Shown here piece by piece: positions 1 to 10,700 of a DNA stretch of 64,000 nucleotides. Under the pieces are notes generated by a model, which saw only the letters and a list, made by a program, of their open reading frames with translations, was not told the origin of the DNA and searched no databases. Position 1 is the first letter of the stretch. Each line of letters opens with the position of its first letter. The DNA is from Bugula neritina (lineage: Eukaryota; Animalia; Bryozoa): the NCBI GenBank assembly GCA_964035545.1, contig OZ037768.1, positions 5,178,741 through 5,242,740 on the forward strand, read 5' to 3'. Made by a program: the position numbers and the translations under genes.

Positions 1-1739
1 ATGGACGAAAATTTTTATTACAAAAATATTTTTGCTGTTACTAATAATTAGTATTTTATGGCTTTTCATTTAAAGATTAAGAAGCAGTATAAATTCTGCA
101 AACATAGCGCAATCAATGTTTTCACTTTCACCTGTAGTGGTCAATTACCAAATAATAGCACACTGTTGATTGCTGTGACTAGCACCCATTTGATGACTAC
201 CCATAATAGTTTGGTTATTATGAAGCAAATTGGTTTTTAAAATACTGCATACTAGAAGTTTGTATTAATTGAACTTATACTTATAAATTTATATTGTTTA
301 AAAGCTGCATTTAGATGTTTTTCCTCATTTAGGAGCTTCAACTTTTAGCAAACAACCACTTTGGTGACTCGCATCATCTCGTGATTTTTAGCAACCCGGA
401 AATTTTCTGTAGGATAAAGCAATGAGTAGAAAATGTTAGCTGATAGTACGCTTTCATTTTCTAATCAGCCAAATAGAGCAATCATAGAGCTATGTGATTG
501 GCCGAGTATTTTGGAGCTATTTTTTGCAGAAGTAATATTGCCAAAATCTCCAGTTTTCCTGGAGTATTATCTAAAGTTTTCACCAAGGATAAGCACGCTG
601 TTTTGAATTACTGTGAAACTGTATAGATATTTCTTAGTGTTTGAAAAATTTGAAGTTATAAAATTTGTAAGATTGTATGCTATATATGGAGTAATAAAGT
701 ACCTATCTAATAAAATGGAAACCTTATTCAAGTAAGTTCCAAATAATGTTATAAGACATGTACAGAAATAAGGGGCAATACTTTAAATAATATTTCCTTG
801 CAACATAATGTTGACGTATATTCTGGGGCTTTCTAATTATAACTGCACATCACTTCATAACTAGTACACATTTTACAACTTTGATTATCTCAGATTTTTT
901 GTTGGTTGGAAATGATTTGTTCTTATTGTTTGTTACCTGGCTCAACTGCTTATGACATTTAAAACCTATTTATTTGTTTTGTATCCACCGGAATGGAACA
1001 AACCAATTATTCCATTTCTGTAGCTGCACCCATAAGCTGGGTAATAATTACCTTCGGCAAATCATGGACACACAAGAATTATCTTCTTTTCTTGTCTCTT
1101 ATTGCTGTATTTGACTTGTCATTCCTGCTAATTTTGTAAGTTCTACATTATCGTGACGAAGCCTACTTTGTTATAGAAGCGATAATGACCACTCTCACAT
1201 AGCAAGTTGACCGTCACTATGTTATAAATAGCTTGACATTTATTATGGATTAACACTGCTTGCATTATGTAATTTCCATGTAGTTGGTCCACTCAAATCA
1301 TTTCAAAGAGTTAAATGAAGGCAAAGGAGTATAAATGAATAAAAAAATAGAGCAAATATAGTATATTACACTCTAATAAAATTAGCTACGGGTAGCAAAC
1401 AGTATTAATATTGCTAGTTTTGTTGTAGAGTTTTTATGTGTTTATGATTTATACGTGTGTTTGGTATGTATGTATTTTATAGCAATAATCAGTGTTAGTT
1501 GTTGATATGCATGTAATTAAGATACATTTAGGCGTAATAATTTCGTAGCGGAAAAGATGTATATGCAGACCAGAGTGTGTTGAGAAAACTGAAAAAGTCA
1601 TGCAAAATAACATTATTTCAGTATATTGACCTAAAATCCTCTTATGAAGTTCAAAGTAGAATAACTAGTGCAATTTTGGTGTCAAGTTAAATTAATGTTG
1701 CTACTGGGGCTAATAGTATATGTTCTGCTCTCAAGTAGA

Positions 1740-4700
1740 ATGCCTGCCAGGACCAGAACAAGTCCATGTGCTGTAGAGCCAGTTAGTCTCACCAATGTTC
1801 AAGAACCTCGGAATGTCTTGTTTGACACACTGCATCACAAAGCTCACCAGGTAAGCCCCGCCAACTCTGCTTTCTGTTTTGTGACTGTCTGAAAAATTTA
1901 TTTAATTTACAAACAATTGTAGTATTAGCTCGGTGCTCTGTAATTGAACATTTTAGTTTATTGTTTCTATATGTTATTTTTTTGCAATAAATTGCTAGTA
2001 CTAGTTTTAAATCATTACATTTATTTCCAACATTTGTAAAAATGTTTTATAATTGGCAGAATTGTATTGTTTTCTTGTAAATTTTCAGTAGTTATATTAA
2101 ATTTTTCTAATTGTTTCTCAAAAAGGACTATTTTAGTATCACAATATGTTATATAAAATTCGATGCACATATATTTTCGTAATAGGTAGACATGACTTCC
2201 ATGCATTATCAGGAAGTAGTTTCACTAATTTGATTGGTTTGTCAATCCTAACTTTTGATATGCATCTTATCTACTCTATACATACGCAAATTTTAAAAAG
2301 TTGTGTTCTGTGGCCTACTGCATGTTTTATATAATGATTGATGGCATAATTACTTGAAAATCCAATAGCCTGTTATTTCACACTAAATGGTAACAGCCTA
2401 ACTTCACCTAATTGTAATAAAATGCTAACAATTTTTCATTTTTTCCTGTGTAGAAAAAGATGTGCAAGTAACATGCAGCACAGTTTATAGAAATAAACTA
2501 AATTGGTAAAATGTTTAGCCTGCAGGTAAATTTTTTTTCTGTGTTCACATAAATACAACCAGGAGATTGACCTGCTGGTGGTATGTTTTAAGGCTGGAGC
2601 AGTCTGCTCAAACTCTGTCTGCCAAGGCTCCGTCTTACAACCAAAATCAGATACCAGCTCTCAGTTTGATGAGAAAGTAAACTTTGCAGACGTTCAGGAT
2701 TTCTATAATCAATATTTCACCTCCAGAAGCATCAGGTTTGCTATTGTTGTTGTATCACAAACTGTATGGCATAGAATTGGGGCCTGCTATGCCTAATCTT
2801 TGAACATAGAAGTAACATATGTGATGGTGATGAATTTTTTAAATTTTTAGTCACTTTAAAACCAAACTGTTTTACTGTTTCTCTAGAGGCCTTTGAGAAA
2901 TGCTGTACTAAAATGTACAAGTTTTGAACCTTACAAGAAAGACTTCTGCTTACTTATTATATATCTCCAAGCACTATTAAAAAGTTCTGTTCTAAACTTT
3001 TCAAGTTCTGATGTTTTCATATTAATTTTAAGTGAGGAAGATCAGATTAAAAGACTGGATGAAGTGATTGCATCAATAAAATCAAACAATCAATATGATA
3101 TGACCAAAGATGAGTTGGAGTTTGGAGTTACGACTGCTTGGAGGAATGCACCTAGATGTATTGGTAGAATTCAGTGGTCTAAATTAAAGGTCAGCTGTCT
3201 AATAACTGGGTATTAGAGAATTTAGCTTGTATTTAATTGAAAAGATTATTAGTTTTCAAAATGTGCTGAAAATTAGCATATATCCAGCTTTTTCTCCAAA
3301 AAGTAAATTGCAAGCTTCACAATTATTTAATTTTTTTTGTTACAACTGATGAAATATAATAAATATAATTTAAATCGTCACTATATTGCCATGTAATGAG
3401 AAACCTCTGTTTTTGCTCTGAATAGAAAAACAGTAAACGATGCTTCCTAACTTTACAATTCATTTTCAGCTTTTTGATGGCAGATGGATTCAGTCAACAA
3501 GAGAAATGTTTGAATTGATATGTGAGCATATAGAATATGCCACAAACTATGGAAACATCAGGTAAGCTATTCTGTGCAAAAATATAAACAAACTAAAATA
3601 AATGCAAAAAATGACTTGAAACCTTCAAAAAATAATACCTTTACTACTCCTGTTATATATCATCAAAATAATGTTTATGCACAGCTCAAGTGCACCATGT
3701 TTATTTTAGTGTTAATATATAATACTGATATTATGATATAATAGGGAAATTGTTTGCGGTGGAGTTATTTATATGTTTTATTTTAATTACAGAGCATATT
3801 ATAATGTAGTACAACATAATATTATATAGCATACTATTCACAGTTGTTTACTTTAGAATACTCTTGCCTTCTAGTTCTTGTTATACTATTAAAACTTAGT
3901 GTGTCAACACAGAAAATTCAAGCTTAGCCGGTTTTATCATTTTATGATATGTAATTCTATAAAATATTTTCTTACAATGGTTCCACAGTATTTTCTCCCC
4001 ATATGCAGTTTTAATTGTCCAAGGAAATACCTTCAATGAATATTTGCATACATATATTTAGATCTGCCATAGTTGTGTTCCCATCCGGACAATCTGGAGT
4101 AGAGTGTAGAATCTGGAATGGTGAATATATAAGCTATGCTGGATTTGAAGTCTCCCCTGGAGTAGTAGTTGGTGATCCTAACCATGTTGAGTTTACTAAG
4201 ATCTGCATACGACTGGGCTGGAATCCTCCAGTTTCAAGGTATTAACAACTCAGTCCTTGCAACTAACATTAATTAAAGAAGTAGGTCATTTTTCATTTCC
4301 TGGTTCTTACGCTATAATATCTGTGGCTACATTATTCATCTTTTAACCATATGCTGATATATTGCCCAGTAGTAAAATTAAATTGTTAAGGATAGCAAAT
4401 TTATGATTTATATATTGCCCAAACTCATCTATAGCTATATCTTTGCTATTTATGGGGGATTAGGTTGTGGTTGCATTATTTATAGCTTGGTCATATACTA
4501 AGAGTAGAACACTATACACTGCTAAGAGTTATACTATGATGGTCCAATGTTGAATTATAACTTGTTGAAAACTTTAGGGCCTTCACAGTTATCTGTCTTC
4601 TGCTATGGGCTAAAGTATGCTTCGAATGGGCAGTCATGATGAGACTAAAATATGTACTGAATTAGCAGTGCTTTGCAATTGCTAGTATTCAATATACATA

Positions 4701-7700
4701 CTAGCATACATAATTTATATAAGAAACTGTTCATAGTTGAAAATGTGTAAAGAAGTCACCTCTAAACACAGCCACTGTTATATGGCTGCAGAATTATTTG
4801 TTTACCACATAGGACAGACAATTCCATAACATAACTTTATAAATCAGTTCACCTCTAGCCAAACTTCACCTGTCTCATAACAATTCTTTTATTTATTTAT
4901 ATTTCTAACCTGGGCTAAATTAGTCTTCTGCATATTACATAAAAAATATACTAAATTGTGAAGTTTTATTGACCAACTCTGGAATTGTTAGAGTTGTCCA
5001 TAAGATTTTAAGTTGTCTATATTTTTGTTGAAAGATTCCAAGTTCTGCCTCTGGTACTACAGTATGGAGACAACAATCCAGACCTGTATGAAATCCCTAA
5101 GTCTTTGGTACTGGAGGTACAAATCTCTCACTCAAAGTAAGTTCATGTATTTGTTAAAGTGAACTGACCAATGATATATAATACTTAGTGTTATATGTCT
5201 ACATTAGTGTAGCTAAGTTTAATACAATCATTTCCATGAACAGATATCCAAAGTTTGATCAGCTGGGATTAAAATGGTTTGCTGTCCCTGCTGTGTGTAA
5301 CATGAGTTTAGACTGTGGAGGACAGATATATCCTGCCACGGGGTTTAATGGATGGTACATGTCTACAGAGATAGTGAGAGACTTCTGTGATTCAGGACGT
5401 TATAACCTTCTCAAGGTCAGTTGGTTGATGCCGAGTTATGTCTATGTTTTGTTTAAAAAAAGGGCATGTTTTAATGTCAAGGTCATTTATTTGCAGGCAG
5501 TTGCCACTAGCATGGAGATGGATACTTCCCAACCAGATATGTTTTGGAAAGACTTCTCAGCCACAGAACTGAATGTGGCAGTTGTTACTAGTTTTCAGGT
5601 GAAGAAAGCCACCAGATATTGAAACTAATTACCATAATATAATTCATGTAGTTCAACTAGCTGAAGCAACAGTTGGTAGCAGAAATAAATTAAGTTTATT
5701 TTTATTTATGTTTTCGAAAGTACAGGTATTAGAGAAGTGCCTTAATCACATGCATTATTCTTGTTTATAGAAATCAAACGTGACTATAACAGATCACCAC
5801 ACTGCCTCAGAAACATTCATGCATCATATTGAGAATGAGCAAATGTTACGAGGTGGTTGTCCAGCTGATTGGGTTTGGATTGTTCCACCACTAGGGGGCT
5901 CTTTACTACCGGTCTTTCACCAGGAAATGCTCAACTATAAGTTGAAACCCAGTTATGAATATCAGGTAAGGTTTGTGGAGCGCTGCATTCTATAATAAGT
6001 TATTTCAATATAATAACATGATTCTTTATGTTGCCAACTGAACCTAGTTTTCTAGTTCCTATTTATAAAACAGATTTATGGATTTAGGAAAAGGCATGGG
6101 TTGGATTCAATTGGAAAGGTGATCTGCGAAAAGGAAATCTTCGAAGAGAGAAGCTCACTTTCCGAAGTGTTGTGCGGTATTTATTTTTTATTTATTTTTT
6201 CTGAAGGTTTGGCTAAACTTTAAACGTGGTACTAAATATATTTCCCTTATAGATGTTTTGATCTACTTATTTTATTTTCATTGAAATACTAAGTTGTAAT
6301 TTTATTTTTAAGGAATAAAGTGCTATCTTCAGGAACTGAAGGTTTTCTTGCCAATGGTTTTTAAATCTCGATCTCTCGAAAACTTAACAGTTGATTTTAA
6401 TCTATACTCATTGGAACTGTTTAATTACAACAAACCTAATTCTTAAAAGCTTATGTGTAGTCCAACATCAGTTGTAGAGTTTTCTCTTTATACAATGAAA
6501 TGTGTAACAGCTGTTGTTGCATTTGATTTTCTAGATTGTTCTTTAAAGGCTCACATGCTGCAAATTCAACTTCAACATTCTTATTTTAAACAGAGTTGTT
6601 ATTTCCATAGTCAAAAATAATACTTATACTTTTCAGTGCAATGGTTGTTTGTTACATTCTGATGAAAAGCTCTTTAAAGGAGAGGAAACGTTGCACTATT
6701 ATTTATGCCACTGAAACTGGCAAATCAGAACGTTATGCATACAAGTTGCATCGTCAGTTCCATCAAGAATTCAATGTAGAGGTAGGCTGTGGTATTCTAA
6801 TACTGATTTAAATGCAGAATGTTAATATCTTGTTGGTTGAATGACCCGTTTGTTCTGTACTTCAGGTGAAATTAAAGTAAAAGCTGACACTCAATTTAAA
6901 GAGGTGATTTGTATAATCACTAAGAAAATTTGGGAAACTATTAGCATATCTTTATTGTGCGGTTCCCAAAGTGCTTTTAACTAGATTTAAATTAATAATA
7001 GCGTTTCATTTATTAATCTAGTAGAATAAATTTATTTATACTATAAGATCTAATAAAGTAACATTTTACATTATATCACTTCTTATACATTGTTGGACAG
7101 ATTTTAGTATATTATTATATTATATTAATACTAGAATACCCACATTCACAGTAACTATCCAGTTCAACATTCTGCCTATATTTTAGCTATTTAGTCATTG
7201 GAGTTGTCGTACTAATTTCTCGATATATACCACTGCTGAGTTGAAGCAGTATTATTATGCTGAGTTGAAGCAGTATTATTATGCTGAGCATATATTTACA
7301 GAGAGTAAACGTTCAGCAATGCATTGTAGGTATTCTCCATGGACAAGTATGATCTGACAAGGTTAGCATCTGAAACACTCCTCATTATTGTGACCAGTAC
7401 TTTTGGCAATGGAGAACCTCCTGCTAATGGAAAGGTATTATAAACTGTGCCAAGCATTGCGATTATAAATGTATTTAGGTATTTTCCTAGCTTTTGAGAC
7501 ATATTCACACTTGAGCTGAGCACTAACACTGAACCCCAATTGGTATATTTTATCTTTTACAGAAATTTGAGAAAATGTTAACAGATTTGACCAATAAGAG
7601 AATGTCTGGCTCCAGAGCACTTGCCCCACAGTAAGCTATTGGCATTATTTAACTTATCTAAATGAAGTATTATAATATTTTTGTTCAATTATTTATTGTT

Positions 7701-10700
7701 ATAAAAGGGCTAAAACGGCTACAGTGTGCTTGATGGTTATAAATTTATATTTTACAGATCATCAAATTGCAGGTAATGCTTTGTGCTATATTTTTTTGTG
7801 TATGAAGATGCGCTTGCAGCTAACACTTTTTCTATTTTGAAATATTCTAATGAGTTTTGCACTGCTAGAATGCTTTTGCTAGGCTCAATAATATTTTAGC
7901 TTTCTTAATATTAAAAATGTTGAAGCACAGGTGAAGGGGTTATTTTAATGGTAAAGGATTTTGAAGCATGCGAATTTATGTTAGAAACCTACAGTTTATT
8001 TACATGTTGTCCTTTTCCAGATACTCAGTGTTTGGACTTGGCTCTAGTGCGTATCCCAACTTCTGTGCCTTTGCTAAAAGAGTTGATGATTTACTCAATA
8101 AAATTGGTTTCAAGAGACTGTTGGAGCTGTACACTGCAGATGAGAAGAAGAACCAAGACCTGGCATTCAGAGAGTGGTCATTGGAAGCTTACTCAGTGAG
8201 TCTGTATTCCGTGTTTCGTCTCATACCATCCGCAGAGAGAGAACAATTTCTGCATACTTTACTTTATAGCTGTTATATTTATCTTCAGAGTGTGGTTGAG
8301 AATTTACTTCTTTAGTAAAAGGGTCCTTTTTGGTGCAAAAATCTTTCATGGATATGTCCGCACCTCTCTTGTTCTATTCTCTATTTTTTATATTAATGTG
8401 TTTATAGAAAACTTGTGCATATTTTGGAACATCAGGGAAAAAAGATGTCAATGGAAATGGGTTTAATGGCAGAGAAGTGGAAGGATACAGTCTTTGCCCA
8501 TCCATAGACTCCAGTTCAGTTGTGAAAGGTTGGGAGAGTTTGCTGAATGTTTTCATTTGTTACCTCTACTGTTAACTGGTTGTGTATTAATGCAGAATAA
8601 TGATTTGTTTACAGGTTTACAGCACATACACAAGAAGCTGATTTCTACTTGTAAAGCTGTATCTGTGGAATCTTTAGTATCTCCATATGCCAGGTAACTA
8701 TGGTTGTGTCATGTGGGAAGTAATAGAATACATTGATTCTGGTTTAGTATCTCCATATGCCAGGTAGCTATGGTTGTGTTAAAATAATAGAATACATTGA
8801 TTCTGGCGTAAAACTAATAAAATTAATAAATTAGCTTAGTATATTTATTTATTTTAAACTGATGGTGCGGAGATCGAAAATTTGCCTTTAGCAGTTTATG
8901 TTAGCATAGCAAATTTACTATAGGCCTACCATGTGATTTTCTTTAGCAAAGTTGTTTAACTGTTTTTACTCATTTTGAATAGCTCTGACGCCGTACTGGT
9001 GAAGTTCCAACACGACCAGTTGTTGTACTCTCCCGGAGACCATCTTGCCATTTTCCCAACAAATAGTAAAGACAAAGTTGAGAAATTATGTCAGAGTTGC
9101 ATCTTTGAAGACGGGATAGATTCCTATACCCCAGTATCAGTTACTTCTACTGAGAATGGTAAGTTACTTCTGTTATAATTATAACATAAATCATATAATA
9201 ACTTATGTTTGCCAACTCCTCTGCTATGTAGCTCACCAAATACTGTCTCTTTTAGTATCATCAAAACCTTAAGATTTTTTTAATCAATAGTAATATAATT
9301 GGTTCTGGTAGAATAGCTTTTGTGATATTGAGGTGTGAAACTGTCTAATAAAAATTGTGCTGTAAATGTATAAATTCTTATCTTCATGCTACCTTTCCCT
9401 TCCCCTATGTTGTAGCATCTGCTTATGCTGTACACATAACATTATATTAGTCTAAGTTAATGAGCTACTGTAATACTTACACAAGTTTATAGATCTGAAA
9501 TTTTTACTTTTTTCAAATCTGAATTCAATTTGTAGGCAATAAACATTATGTTCTCACCAGGTGTAATGTTAAGCAGCTATCTATATATATATGCTATTGT
9601 AGGTGTGATGTCAAGAATTCCACCAGCTACGATGTTCACTGCTTTGACTAACTACTTGGATATAGAGTGCACACCCAGACAGTGTGACCTGGAAGCCCTG
9701 CTACCTGTGTGTGAATGTGACGAGGATGAACGTCAGAAGCTTACTCACCTTTTGTTGGTATGTGCAACTGTAATAAGTGTTTTACATAAATTTGAGTTGT
9801 CTTCTAATAATTTCTTTCATAAAGCCACAAATAAAGTCATCTATAACATGTATGCTGTGGTTACTTCTTGTTTTTAAATCACACGGTTCATATGAAAGTA
9901 TTGCCATAACTTGATGTGTAGACATGGAAATTGTTTTTCACTCGGTGTATAATTTTACTGATTCAGTTAGTATAAAATGCTGCTTTTATTCCATTAACTA
10001 TCTATTTAGACATCATTTACCTCTATAGCTAAACAATATTGTGTTGTGATACACAAATCTGTAAAAAAATACTGGCAAGCCATACAAAATTACCCTACAT
10101 ATACTGACTTGCAAAGTAAACCATATTTAAAGTGTATTGCATTCGTAATTCCTAATGTCGTCGACTAGTGTAACAGCCTGAGCTAGATTGTTATTTGGGT
10201 TCAATGATGTCATGCTTCTATTCCTAGTAAAATTGACTATCACAAAAAAGTGCTCGAATTTTTCTTCTTTGTCTTTTCCAGGATTCAAATGTATACAACG
10301 CATGGGCCGAGCTAAAGCCATCTTGGGTAGACTTTGTCACAGAGTTCAGCAGTGTTCGTATTCCTGCAGGTTTCTATTTAACAGAACTACCAGTTCTCCA
10401 GCCTCGTTACTACAGTATCAGTAACTCTCCTTCTATGTATCCTGATCAAGTTCATCTCACTGTCGGTGTCCTGGAGTATCAAGTTGGTACAGGTAATTTC
10501 AACTGCCTTTTTATAACTAACCATTCAAACATGGTTTTTGCGTATTACATTATTTACAGCTATAATTTACAAAGCGTGAAGTTAATTCTTTGATTTGTGT
10601 TCGTTATATTGCAGTCTTAAGTGAGGTTTGTCTTTTTTCATTGTTGTCCGAGGTAGAAAACTTCATAATGATTTTATATATCATATTACTAGAACTATCA

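Noticed and set aside
390-840. NF-kB-like sites upstream of copy A (GGAAATTTTC, GGGGCTTTCT) and a possible TTAA-type transposon
   Set aside because: The matches are imperfect and expected by chance, the transcription start is unknown, and no matching TIR pair was found.
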